Of a stretch of DNA of 64,000 nucleotides, positions 1 through 12,976 are shown one piece after another; position 1 is the first letter of the stretch; each line of letters begins with the position of its first letter. The stretch spans positions 372,001 to 436,000 of the forward strand of contig CT868096.1 in NCBI GenBank assembly GCA_000165425.1. The letters are read 5' to 3'. The notes beneath the pieces were generated by a model, which was given only the letters and a program-made list of their open reading frames with translations, was not told the DNA's origin and ran no database searches. The DNA is from Paramecium tetraurelia. Taxonomy: Eukaryota. The position numbers and the translations under genes were made by a program.

Positions 1-541
1 TTTCAATTAAATATATTCTCAAAGAAAATTAATAAATCCTTGAAAATCTTATTAGTACTTTAAGCAAATAACATAACCCTTCAGGAGATATTGAAAAATT
101 CAGAATGCACAATGCCAATACTTTTAGAAATATTTATCAACACTTAGATTAAACAAATCTTAAGATTTATGAATAAAGTTTAACTGATTTAATCGAAATC
201 GAATGTAATATATCATCACTATAAAATAGAATCATGTAAAGTACTTTCCATTTTGCTTGAGTGTCTTTATATTTTAATCTAAAGATTCGCTGACTTAAAA
301 TACCTGCCATTGATTGAAATCAAATTGAAATAATGCTATGAATGTTCATGTTGGTAAAGTCTTAAATATTTAATGCTTTGTAAGTATCTCAATTAATATT
401 ATAGCTATTGCATTGATAAGTGAATAGGATGCAATGAAATCACTCAAGGAATCGAAGATTGGTTATTATCTTGAGCTCTTAAGTTAAAGTGGAAGCAAAC
501 AGATTCAAACTCTAGCTTGTAAATTATTAGAATAAATTTGA
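1..541 (+). CDS. 3' part of a hypothetical helical (ARM/HEAT-like) protein, 5' end outside window
   Basis: Open in code 6 after removing tiny introns at 205-229, 261-284 and 380-404; ends ...SGSKQIQTLACKLLEQI-TGA at 539-541. Confidence 0.55.
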
Positions 542-716
542 TTTAATAAAATCTCTATAAGATTAAATGAAATGGCTAATCCAAATTTATTTTCTTTTCA
601 TTTACAACTTGAAATTGAGGATATATAGACAAATACTTCTTTTTTAGGATAGAAAGCATGCTTCTTATCAAGGAAGTAGCTTATTATTATTGTATAAATA
701 AAAATTAAATAATTAA

Positions 717-1846
717 ATGCTTCCAAAAATTTAAGGACAAACAGTTGGGAGAAAAGAGAATTTGGCTTCATAACAGATAGTAGAAGATCATCTTAAAAAC
801 ATTTTGAAAAAACAAGAAAACTAAGTAATACAATTATTGAATTATATACAGAATTATAAAGCTTGGAAAACCCCATATGCTCCAAAGAATCCTCATTCAC
901 CATTTGGAGATTTTCCAAGAGAATATTTGCCAAAAGAAAAGGCTAATTAATAAAAAGTAATTGAACCTGTTCACGAGACTTCCTAAAATGCTCTAATAAC
1001 AAGTAAAGGGTTGTTTGAGATTAAATAGATAAATATTAGGGGACTCATTAAGGAACAGGAGGAAGAACTAGTTCATAATTATAGAAGAAAGAAGAATACA
1101 GACCTGCACCACCGAAAGCAGGAGCATACGACTAGAGAACAATATCAGTTTCAGATTTCAGGAGATATTATGATCGAGGGGATTTACCCATTAAAGTTTC
1201 AATTTTCAAAATATCAATAGGTTGATCATTAAGGAAGTGTAAATAGAATTATATGGAAAATATCTCCAGAACAATTGGATTATCATCATTATTTGCCAAT
1301 CTTTTTTGATGGATTAAGAGTATTTTGATAAATTTAAAATAAGGAAAAAATGGATCCTTACAGATTCTTGGCAATCTTGGGAACATATGGATTACTCGAG
1401 AATGGAGGTAATAAGATATTACCAGTTATTCCATAATTGATTATTCCAATCAAAAGTAATATGCAGTTTTAGAATAATAGCAAATTTGAATACTAGAGAT
1501 CCAAGTATTATGGAAGTTCAATTAAAGGTATTACAAAAATTAGTGTTGAGTGGAGAAATGGTTGGGGAAGCATTAGGTAATACAGAAATCTCAAATTATT
1601 AGTACCATATTATAGACAATTATTGCCAATAATGAATTTATATAAAAACAGAAATTCTAATTTGGGTGATTTTATTGAGTACAACCAAAGAAAAAGAGTT
1701 AACGTTGGTGACTTGATCTAAGAAACATTAGAATTATTTGAATAAACAGGAGGAGAAGTAACACTTTTAGATTAATAAAATAATAGGATGCATATATAAA
1801 TATTAAATACATGATCCCAACTTATGAGAGTTGCATTTTAAATTGA
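717..1846 (+). CDS. PACRG: Parkin co-regulated gene protein (axonemal inner-junction protein), 7 tiny introns
   Basis: Spliced code-6 translation contains [52 protein letters not shown] and [10 protein letters not shown], the PACRG signature blocks. Confidence 0.95.
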
Positions 1847-2073
1847 AAAAGAATAATAATATATATATAAACATTAATAATTACACAAACAATTCTCATA
1901 ATATCACCAGATATTTAGTATTTAAACTAAAAGCTAACATTCACAAGAAAGAATAAAGCTAATTATTATGCCATAAAAATACATATATAAGATTAATACG
2001 ACTCTTCTTAATGAGATTGGTAAGAAATTAATTCAAAATTTTAAACATTATATAAAACTAAATTTATTTGTTA

Positions 2074-3914
2074 TCAAATTTCAATTATTTTCCAAAGTGT
2101 TTGATTGTCATTTGGCTTGCCACAATCTATCTATTATAATGAGACTTTTAATTGGCCTTCAAGATTACACTAATTTACATGAGTTTGTAAATAGTACCCA
2201 GTGTTTTAGTGTTTAATTTCTAACCAGGTTATAATTTTTAAATTTATTTACTTATATTATCACTTATTTTCTCTATGCTCCATTCATCACCTTCGTCGCT
2301 TCCTCCAACTTCAATCTACCCATTATTACTTCTTTTTTAGGCTTTCAAATAGTATTTAGTTAAAGGATGATATAACTAACAGTTAAATCAATATTTTAAT
2401 ACTTTAACTACATTTTCATTAATGTTTTCAAAAACCCAAGTATCATATTCATTATGACAATCCTAGCAACATAGAACTTCATTCAATCGAGAATTTTGAT
2501 GCCGTATCCTATGAGAATGGAGATATCTCTCAGAACTTACATTAATCAATTAAATTGTGTTATGATTAATACTGCTTTCCCCTAGGTTTTAGTTAGATGT
2601 GCACTAAGTAAACCTACTGTTTTTATGACCACTTTCTCTGATTTTTTGTATTTCAGTCTCTTTTCCTAATTCTTCTTTGATTATCAATCTACTTACACTA
2701 GGCATTAAGAGTGATTGTTATCGGTTGAATAAATATTTGTCAATTATGTTTTCTTTAATGTAAATTCCACTTCTTGGTTCAAAATAGATAGAAGATTGAT
2801 CAAAACAATTCGCATTTTATTCTTTCTTACACAAATTACCCATAAAATTTTAATTTAATTAGTAGAATTCATTCAAGACCAACAGAATTTGAATATAATT
2901 TTGTAGTAATTAAGTCAAAAATAATCAACTAACTAAGAACATCTAAATAGATTTTATTCTAATTTTAATAAGACCTTAAAGCCTTCATTCATCAATTAAT
3001 CTATAGGAGGACTTAAATTATAATCTTTATAAGGAATTTAGTCTAATCATGCATTTTAAAATTATTGAATAACTCTATATTAAATTAAGAAGATTCCAAA
3101 TTTATTTAATTTTTATAGATTATACATTCTTAGAAGTTAGAGAAAATCATAGAATCTTTTGGATTAAAATTATATCTAATCTTATTTAAAGATTATATTT
3201 TTAATATGTTGCATTTGATTAATTGTAGACAGATTATAATAAGATAGATTTAGAATTGAATTTCATAAAAAAAATTGCTATTTAATATCATTTAGGCCTT
3301 CACTAATTGAATTTAATTACTATTTTAGTGATTTGTATTGAGGATCTATGGATAACAACTCTTTGTAAGATTTTAATAGGATTAACATATCATTATCTTG
3401 TTTTTTAATCTAAAAATAGAGGATTAAATACATGATTCTAAATTTCATCCAAATCTTCTTTTATGCTTTTGGATTGTTTTGCTAAGTGATTACTTTAATT
3501 TTCAAGAAAGTTAAATCTATCATTAAGGATAAGATCTAATTATTATGGGAATGTCGAAAAGTATTTGTCTAATGCTTATTGTTATATTTAACTCTTTTAA
3601 ACCTTCTCAATTAATTCTTCCTAAAGTGGAATTACTACTTAAGCTATTCTATTCACTACTTACTCTAAATCATTAAGCTTATTCTCGAATTCATTAAATG
3701 TCTTGAAATAACTAAAGATTTTTTCAAAGTCTTGTTATTTCACTTATATTTCTCTTAAAACTGACTATAATTGAGTAAAAAATAAATCCAAAACTTCATA
3801 TGTAACAAAGGAAGAAGGGTTTAAAGATTATAATTTTGTAACCATCTCCTTATTTAGATATGATTATTCACTAGAAGTGTCAACTCTTAAACTTTTGCTT
3901 CTCGGTTAATTCAT
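2074..3914 (-). CDS. Coiled-coil protein with a C-terminal MIR (beta-trefoil) domain
   Basis: Long Q/E/L/K-rich N-terminus. The C-terminus has three MIR-like repeats: IQLINVSSERYLHSH..NEV..DTWVFE, KLYHPLTKYYL..QIEVGG..DEWSIE and KIKHQNTGYYLQTH..QLKVS..QTLWKIIE. Confidence 0.7.
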
Positions 3915-4270
3915 TACTAAAATTTAATAATAAAATAATATCGTAATACTATTATATTAAATCTATATATAATTTGTTTTTGAATTAAATATTCTTTTAT
4001 TCAAAACACAAGCTAATATGCAGATAAGACTCTAAAAATCTTAAATATATAAATAATAAACTAAGAGTTTTAACTGAATTTATATTTCTGTATTAATGTG
4101 TTAGTTGAAGTAAGTTCTTTCTTAAAAATAACGATATTTCAAAATAAGAATATGAAACTCTATTGAAAAAGAATCGTATTGGTGATGAATACAAATTTCT
4201 TAATTCTTAACACAAATTAGTTAATTAGTTCCCTTATATTAGATTTAGAATATAAAATATTAAATTTTCC

Positions 4271-4759
4271 ATGGGTACAGCATGTTCCTCTGATAAATTT
4301 AAGATTTCGCCAACTGCATCTACTTGTGAACTGTTAAATTGTGAGCACCCTCTCATTTTAGTTGCTCATCAATGCAATTAAAACATTGATCTTATAGGAT
4401 AATTAGAAGCTGCACCAATTATTGTTCAATAATATTGCAAGAAACTTAAAGATTCTAGTTAAGTGCTTAAACCTGCTTTGGAAAGGTTAGAAAATGAAGA
4501 GGAGAATTTCCTTAAGGTTTGGAATTTGATTGTTTCAATATTAAAAAATGTTTCGTCTCTTATAAAGAAAGCTTTGTAAGAACCTTAGTTTATTGAATAT
4601 TTACCCATTATCTCTTATAATCTTTAGGAATAGTAAAATGATTTGGAGATGCTGATAAACCAGAAGAAAGGTTAATAACAGATCAGGAGAGCTTAATCTC
4701 ATATTATATAGAGCAATGTCATCAGAATCAACAAAAGACATTAAACCGATAAAATTTGA
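4271..4759 (+). CDS. Hypothetical 162-aa protein with a predicted N-myristoylation/palmitoylation start
   Basis: Intronless ORF in code 6 beginning MGTACSS; TGA at 4757-4759. Confidence 0.65.
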
Positions 4760-4789
4760 ATATTTACATAATCAATATATCCTCAATAT

Positions 4790-5314
4790 TCATTATTATG
4801 ATTGTTATGAGAGTTGCTTAATTGATTTTGGTTGATAAAATTTCAAAGCACCAGAATTAATTGAATATCTTAAAAATGTTGGTGGTGGTCCGTCTTTAGA
4901 AATTTATCCAAGATAAGATTAACAATTCATGCACTAGAGAGCTGAGTACCTCTTTATTGTTATAAAATTACAAATTTTTCTTTAGTCTCAATAATCTTCA
5001 CACTGTTTTTATGATGCTAAAAGAATGATGCATAACCTGTTTATGCCTAGTATTTAGTATCACTTTAAAATAATGTAATTTTGCAATGGTAACATTAATA
5101 AACACCTTATTATTCATGCTTGCAAATATGAAAAAAAATGTACATTGCAAAACTCTCCTGTGAATGGTCTTTCCATTCCTTTGCCAACAGCTATCCAATA
5201 ATGATGAGGATCCATAGATAATCTATCTAATCTAATTTCTATCTTTTTTTATGGTTTGATTAGGTTTTTATTTAATGCATCCAGAATTTTATTGAATAAA
5301 AACTTAATTTTCAT
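4790..5314 (-). CDS. MSRB: Methionine-R-sulfoxide reductase (MsrB/SelR)-like protein, catalytic Cys replaced by Ser
   Basis: GMERPFTGEF, Zn pairs CYHC and CMNC, and DGPPPTFLRYSINSGALKF (canonical RYCINS); two tiny introns. Confidence 0.85.
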
Positions 5315-6094
5315 TGTTTTTAATTTACCACATAAAAATACTTTATTAAGAAAATGAATTAATAAAGATTATAGTAAATAAATCAGGGAACCAAAAAATA
5401 TTAGTAGAGTAATATATCAATAACCAAAGCATAAAGCTTAAACGTTTGAGTATTCTTAAAAATTATTGATTATATTATAATAAAATTTTATTCATATACA
5501 ATAATAATATTTAAATCAAAAAAAAAATATTTCAAAATAAGATCAGCTACTGTGTAAACTTCATATGCTGTTTTGCAAATTTTTACAAACAATCTTATAA
5601 GAATGATACTTGTATTTATATATTTGGAGCTATAAATAACATCTATATTTATAGTGTTATTATTCTTTATAGTGTTGAAGTTATTTCTTACTTATTTAGA
5701 TCTCATTAATACGAAAACAAAATGGAGGTGTTTTATTTGTTATGATTAGGTAACAAATATTTTGAAAAATATTGTTTATTTTAGGTACTTGTATAACTTA
5801 ACAGAAATTTTTCGGATTAGAGCAGTGCGTCTAAGAGCCTAAGGAATGTAGCAAGTAAATTTTAAATCCTTACCTTATAACATTCCATCAAGACTTAAAA
5901 TCACTTAAAAGAAGTAAATGACTTTGCAAAATGAAGTAAAGAAGATAAAATTCATGATGAATATAGAGGAAAATAAACAAAATAATAAATTATTTAGATT
6001 ATTACAGAAATAAAACTTTGATTAAAATAATTAATTCAATCATTAAAATTTTATCTCTATAAATATCTCATTATCCAAAAGGTTTATTGATTCT

Positions 6095-6961
6095 TCATTT
6101 TGATGATGTAGTTTATTTCTTGTCAATTAAATCTTAAATTCTCTTTACTTAATCTGTTGTTTGGATATTATTTAGTTATGTTGAAATTGATTTTAAAAGG
6201 ATAGCTGGCATTCTAGCTAAATGATGTTAAAGAGCATTTTCAATCCAATCCAAAGTTCTTAGTTTATGCAATAAAAATTCCACTTATGTAGAATCAAGTC
6301 TTTCAGTACACGGACCTGTTTTCATCATAGTTGATATAATTATTTAATCATCTAAAGACGTTAATGCAGTACAATAAGCTTCATTGATATTTTCTTTCTA
6401 AAATAACATATTAACATTACCTTCAATTGTTCCTCCACTCTTTACATTATCTTCTATTATTCTTTAATTTTTGGATCCTTAAGTTGAGGTTAAGGAGAAC
6501 TCTATTCCTTTGTATACTTGCTATCATTTGTTAAAATTGATTAATCTCGATTTCTTTATGGAGAAGCCTCTGAAGTAGATCTTTGATGATTTTCTCTTTC
6601 TTTGCAATCAGCTTCACTCATTTTTCTTGAATTAAATTCAAAATTTGATTCTCCCAATTTAGAGTCAGAAATTAATTCACATTTTTATCCAAAAAAAAAT
6701 AAATCTTTCATTTTTGAATTCTCTTATTATTCTTAGTTTGCTACATTTAATGAATCATAGATATGTTAATCTTTTTATTATTAATTTTCTTAATGAAGTA
6801 AACAAGGAATCATCTGATCTTCATAAATCTCAACAGGTTGTACTTTTTTCTTCAAACAAAGCAATTATTATTGTTATTATTATTGTTATTATTATTATTG
6901 TTATTATTATTATTATTATTATTACTACTATTATTATTATTATTAATTTTAGTATTATTAC

Positions 6962-6995
<34 letters not shown>

Positions 6996-8555
6996 ATTTC
7001 TTTTCTATTGTTTCATTCAACTTCTCTAATAGTAATTCTATTTTATCTATTCTATTATTAATTTTAGTAAATTCCTGCTTAGTTGTCTATTCAGACTCCT
7101 CAATTCTTTTAGCTATTATCTATTCATAATATGCTAACTATTTAGCTTTAGCAGTATCACACAATTTAATCAGATCTGTTTATTATTATTATTTTTTAGG
7201 CGTGGAACTTATTAATTGATTAGATGTTTAAATTTCTTAACTAAGATTGACTTATCGTTTCTTGGAACTAGATCCAAAACTATTTATTTTAAGATTGGAG
7301 TCCATCTGTTAAATTTATTCTTAATGAGGAGATGCTAATACATTTGATTCAGTCAAAATTTAAAAAGGCGATTATCTTTTTTCATTACTATAAAATCTTT
7401 CCCTTTTTAATTGGGGTTCATATCCTAAATTTTATTGTTTTTGTATTTCAACGTCTTTTGGCTTGTTTTCAACAATTTATATGTCATATTTTTTTTCAAA
7501 AAAACTTTTATTAGCATTTTATTTAAACACAGATTTATGTTCTCTTTATGATTATTATTATAAGATTGAAGACTCTTTTAGTGATGAGATAGCAATCGAA
7601 GCAGCATCTCTTACATGCTTGATTTTATCAAATCTTAATTCGCTAATCTTATTTGAGTACTATTAATTTGCCCTAAAATAATGTGGGAATATAACACTTA
7701 ATGTATACAATATATCCACTGCAAATTTACTAATCATAAAATAAATGATACCGTGAATTCCATTCAGATGATTATAGGCAATTACAAATTGTATTTAAAC
7801 AATCTTCCAAACATGGCTCAAAGATTTCTTCTACACTTAAGATTATACACAAAAGACTTTCTAATAAACCTTATTATGTTTAACAATGGGGTGATCTAAG
7901 TAGGACTCTAATTTTACTTCAATATTTCTAGAGTTCTTTAAGTATATTATTTGCAAACAAGCTCTAATAATTGAGATTTGCTAGTTTTGATAAGTCTACA
8001 TAGAGAGGCTGCACTTATCAACTAAGCTACTTTGTTATTATGAATAAAATTAGATTGCAGCAATTCAGTTATTTAGAAGAATAAATCGTACTAATTAGGA
8101 GATGTTTGAATTGTGAATTCATTAATATTCGCAAAGGTGTCTGAAATAACCTGTAAAAAAGAAGAGTCTCCTATTTGAAAATTGATTAAATATTTGTACC
8201 CTCTGAAATTCTTTTATTAATTATTTGAACTACTCTCGGTATTTATTCTTAGATATCATTACCTCTTATTTCAGATAAAAGCCCAAAGACTTTAATATAA
8301 TCTTTCTTTGCCTATTTAGATAGATCATTTGAATCAAGCAGATTTGTTAAAATTACGAATTAATTTTATGACAATTAGGCAATCAATTACCTCAATTCAC
8401 TAAATCCCGTCTAAGCAGTACTTTGGGAACTAAAATAGAAGTTTACAAGTGTACTGCAATTTAGCCAAAGAAGCCAAGAGGATAGTTCTTAATTATGAAT
8501 TTGAATCATAAGAACTTTGTTGTCTTCTGGATTTATTTAAAGCGCTACTATTCAT
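6095..8555 (-). CDS. SPR2: SPIRAL2/TORTIFOLIA1-like HEAT-repeat microtubule-associated protein with a central polyQ linker
   Basis: N-terminal HEAT blocks (IINKRISEGDS, NNKVAQLISAASLCRLI, SSEWNSR, ELRFDKIKHVRDA) and C-terminal NEAYCTALTSLDDQIIISTMMKTGP resemble the TOR1/SPR2 N- and C-terminal domains. Confidence 0.75.
6864..6994 (-). repeat. (TAA/CAA/TAG)n tract encoding polyglutamine in the SPR2-like gene
   Basis: An (ATT)n-rich microsatellite on the + strand reads as TAA/TAG/CAA codons on the coding strand. Confidence 0.8.
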
Positions 8556-8600
8556 TTTAAATTTATTTATAATATAACTGCTCGACAATAAAAAAAGCTT

Positions 8601-9090
8601 TCATAAAATGTATTTTGTTGTAATCAATTTTACGAAGTCTTCATATCTGATTTCCAAATCTTTATCTGGATTTGCTTCTTTAATTAATTAATTTGCTTCT
8701 TCCTCAGTCAATCTTTCTCCCATAGATTTGACCATATGTCTTAACTCATTAGCATTTATTGTTCCTTTATTAGATTTATCCAATATTCTAAATGCATCCA
8801 TTAATTCCTCTTCTGGATCCACATCTCTATGTTTTCTTGCCATCAAACTCAGAAACTCAGGAAAATCAACCATTCCTGTAGAATCAGGATCCACATCGTT
8901 TTTCATTTCACTTATTTCTGCCTCTGTTGGATTTTAATTCAATGATCGGATTAATAAACCCAAGTCATCTACCTTTATAAAAATATAATTTAAGTTGATT
9001 TACTTTTATTTTATTATCACCATCTTTATCAAAGAGAGAGAAAGCTTCTTTATAATTGGCAATTTAATCTTCTGTTAATTATTGGTCCAT
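8601..9090 (-). CDS. Calmodulin-like protein with degenerate EF-hands, one intron
   Basis: [25 protein letters not shown]...NPTEAE...[13 protein letters not shown]...GERLTEEE; loops 1 and 4 deviate from the canonical EF-hand. Confidence 0.9.
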
Positions 9091-9106
9091 TAATTTAAAT
9101 AATATA

Positions 9107-9403
9107 ATGTTAAAATCGTGGGATTCATTTATGACTGCAGCTTTGGATTTACTTATGGAATCCCCCTAAGCCAGAGCTAAAGTTAAATACTATAAAATCA
9201 AGCAATTAGCCTTACTCACCGTCACTGATGATAAAAAGCATTGCATCTTCAAATCAAGAAACGTGGATGAGATTGAGCAGTTTATAAAATTGACAAGTAA
9301 ACTAATGTTGAATGTTGATCCAACTGAAGTGAAAGAGGATCCTCAAGATGCAAAAACTGATAAAAAATAAGCCAAGAAAAAAGGAAAGGGAAATAAAAAA
9401 TGA
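9107..9403 (+). CDS. SRP9: Signal recognition particle subunit SRP9/SRP21
   Basis: MLKSWDSFMTAALDLLMESPQARAKVKY...LTVTDDKKHCIFKS follows the SRP9 pattern W..F..AA..L...P...R...KY...VTDD; basic tail. Confidence 0.8.
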
Positions 9404-9826
9404 GTTTTATATATATGTATAATTTTATTTTAAATTTTATTCATAATTCAATTATACACTAAGATGGAAAAATATAAATAATATTATCTGTTATATAAAG
9501 CCGAGCGATATTGAAAACGAGAGAGTTTAAGTATATTAAATTAATTACTTCATTTTATCAAATATGTCTCCCTTCATCTAATTTATTTTTTGTCTTTTTG
9601 TATTCAATCAATATCCATCGATTTTATTGAAAGTTCCTATAAAAAAGGAATTATTAGACATAAAAATATATATTAATTTTATTGTCATGTAAATAACTAT
9701 TTTTTTTAATTAATTCTTAATATATCTTTAGTAGGAATTATAGAATTCCAAACTCAGAATTTATCAATTTCAGGTAATATAAAACTTTTTTGTAATATTC
9801 TTAAAGCCATAAATAAATTTAGTTGA

Positions 9827-11883
9827 ATGACAGATAAACTTTAGTCAATAGGTAACATGATTATAGATTTTAGCCAACAGAGAGGAACAACTTGTAAATA
9901 CTGATAATAGAGCTGAATTTTCACTTGGAAAATTTACACCTATTGAACTAGCTTGGGATAAACTTATAATAAATGCCACCATAAAAGTTGGGAAGGTAAT
10001 ACCTATTTATAAGTTAAGACTACCACCGAAAAATGCTTGCTTAATAATCTTTAAGGAGTGATGAAACCTGCTCACTTTACTGCTATTTTGGGTCCATCAG
10101 GATCAGGAAAGACTACTTTATTGAACTTTTTGTCAGGTCGTTTAATATCTGACAATCTAAAAATATCAGGAGAACTTTCTTTAAATGGAAAACGAATTAA
10201 TGACATTGATAAATTTAATGATTAAATGGCCTATGTCATGCAAGATGATATTTTACTAGCCACCTTCTCACCCAGAGGTATTACATTATATAATTGTATT
10301 AGAGGCATTTTATTTTTCAGCCAATATGAGATTGACAATCAGCGCAGAGGAAAAAGCATAAAGAGTAGAAGCTTTGATTAGAGAATTAGGAATAACAAAA
10401 TGTGCAGACACTAGAGTGGGAAATACATAAATTAGAGGCGTATCAGGAGGTGAAAGAAAGAGAGCAAGCATAGGAGTGGAATTATTAACAAATCCAAGTC
10501 TAATATTTCTAGATGAACCAACCACTGGCTTGGATTCATCAACTGCATTATAAGTGATTGATTTATTGAAGAAATTGGCCAAAAATGGTCGTACTATAGT
10601 TAGTACGATACATTAGCCTTCATCTGAAATTTTTAATAATTTTGATAGACTTATGCTATTGGTTAGAGGAAACATAATTTATCAAGGGGATGCAGAATAA
10701 GCCATTGATTACTTTGCTACTATGGGATACTAATGTCCTAATTTTTCTAATCCTTCAGATTACTTTATGAAATTGATGAATGAGGAAGGGCTACTAGTTG
10801 AAAAGATTCAAGCAGGAGAATCTGAAGATTTCGATGATGCTTAAATAAAGGCTGAATTTGAGTAAAGATTAGAAGGATTTATTGAAAACTACAAAAATTC
10901 AAATATGATTAAAGAATTGGATACACATGAAACAGCATTAATTAAAGAAAATGATGTTGGATTCCATATAGGATTTGTTTAATAATTTTTACTTATTTAT
11001 TAAAGATCATTTTTGAATGAAATTAGAAATCCAATGGATGTAAAATTGAAAATATTTTAATCTATTGTCAATGCTATTATGTTAATGCTCGTTTATTCAG
11101 ATGTATATTACATTATAAATTATTTAGTTGGGCAAATATAACGAAGGATTGTAAAATAGATTTGGTGCTTTGTTCTTTATTTGTACTGGTAATGCTTTTG
11201 GTGGAATCCAAGGAGCTTTACATACTTTTTCAATGGAAAGACCTCTGTTTTTAAGAGAAAGAATAAACAAAACCTATAGTGTTCATTCATTCTTTTGGGC
11301 AAGATCATTGGCTGAATTTCCATTCCAAATAATCTACCCTTCTCTTTGTGTTATAATAGTTTACTATGTAATAGGATTAAGTGATGAAAATGTAGGCAAA
11401 TTCTTTATGCTTATTCTCATCTAATTCTTAACATATTAATATGCAGTTTCATATGGATTGCTTTTATCAACCATTATTCCAAAGATTGAAGTGGCTACAG
11501 CACTAGTCCCTGCTTTGGTTATTCCATTTATGATTTTGGGAGGATTCTTCGTAAATTAAGATAATATTCCTTATATTTTCTACCCTTTCACCTACTTATC
11601 AATGTTCAAGTATGGATTTGAGGCAGCCGTTATTGTAAGATCTATTATTTAATTTTAGAATGAATTTGATAATATAAGTTACGAGTGCATGCCAGGTCAG
11701 CCATGTTAACCAGTAGAGATGTTATCAATTTCATTGACAAAATGGGAATGTTGCTATATCTTAATTGGATTAGCTATAGGGATTAGAATTTTCGCCTATC
11801 TGGCACTTCACTTAATATCAAGTCCTGAGAAACCAAAATTATAGCCTCCTGAAAGCATGCAAATAAATAATAAACCAAAATGA
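9827..11883 (+). CDS. ABCG (White-family) half transporter
   Basis: Walker [11 protein letters not shown]-loop AYVMQDD, signature VSGGERKR, Walker [13 protein letters not shown] and H-loop STIHQP, followed by a C-terminal TM domain (ERPLFLRE); several tiny introns. Confidence 0.95.
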
Positions 11884-11917
11884 CTTTTAGTGTTTATATA
11901 ATTATTTATTTTTAAAT

Positions 11918-12600
11918 ATGATAAAAAAAAAGTAATTAGAAAGTTTTTTGCAATAAGTCCCTGACTTTGATGGAAAACCTAATTGGAACCTAGAATAACA
12001 TATGACTCCTCCTTCTTTTGCTAGCGAGATAATATAATTGATTCTTAATGAAGAGTCACTTGAAAATTTAGTATGTGCAGATTTTGGATGCGGAACAGGA
12101 ATGCTAACAGCTGGATTATTGTGTTGCAATGTAGCTCATGTTTTTGCTTATGAATTTGATGAAAATGTTGCTTAAGACACTTTATAAACTTTATAAGAGA
12201 TGCATGATGGAGCATTTGATTTGATTATAACAAATATTAAGCATCATAAATTTCCATCTCAAAAAGTTGACTTAATTTTAATGAATCCTCCATTTGGTAC
12301 AAAGGAAGCCAATATTGATACAGTATTTTTGTTATAAGCGTTCTAACATGCAAACGGTAATGTCTACTCAATACACAAATCTTCTACCAGGTAATATTTG
12401 GAGAAATTAGCAATAGAAAATAAAAGAACCTTTAAAGTACTTAAGGAATTTGAATTTCCATTACCTAAAAAATTTTCTAAATATCACAAAAAAGGTTTCA
12501 AGAATATTCTATTTTAGACCTTGCATTTACATAAGTAGATTTCATAAAGTTTGGCTATGTAAAGTAGTAAGAAGAGAAATAAGATATTTAATTAAATTGA
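11918..12600 (+). CDS. METTL5: METTL5-like 18S rRNA N6-adenosine methyltransferase
   Basis: LEQHMTPP, SAM motif ADFGCGTGML, catalytic MNPPFGTK, VYSIHKSSTR and KYHKKD; one intron near the 3' end. Confidence 0.9.
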
Positions 12601-12976
12601 ATGGTTATATAGAAAAATCTGCTATTTTATTATAAATTTCTATTTTCTGATTTTGAACTAGATTGATTATGGGTAATATTCTTTACCGAATTTTATTTCT
12701 ATTTTCCTCTATAGATTAATTTAATTTTTGTTTTTATTAAGAAAAGATAAAAGGACGAATAACCCTGTATTGGTAAATTAAGTATCGATAAAATGGATGA
12801 TTTAGAACAAGCCAACAATGAATAAATTCAAGATAGTTAGTTATTAATTTCTAATTATAAAATTTATTTGTTTTTGAAATATTAAAATCAAGTTTAGATG
12901 CTTTAAAATCTACAGATTATTTGCATTAATCCTATAAATAACTTCGATTGTTTTAATTATATAATTAAAATTTATT

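Noticed and set aside
4862..4864. Selenocysteine codon in the MsrB-like gene
   Set aside because: The coding strand reads TCA (Ser). The TGA is on the opposite strand, and no SECIS is evident in the 30-bp gap downstream.
5603..5960. Small + strand gene with a TM segment
   Set aside because: Several frames are equally open after the putative intron, and no motif picks one.
6714..7061. ORF-track poly-Ile 'membrane protein'
   Set aside because: It is the antisense reading of the TAA-encoded polyQ tract in the SPR2-like gene.
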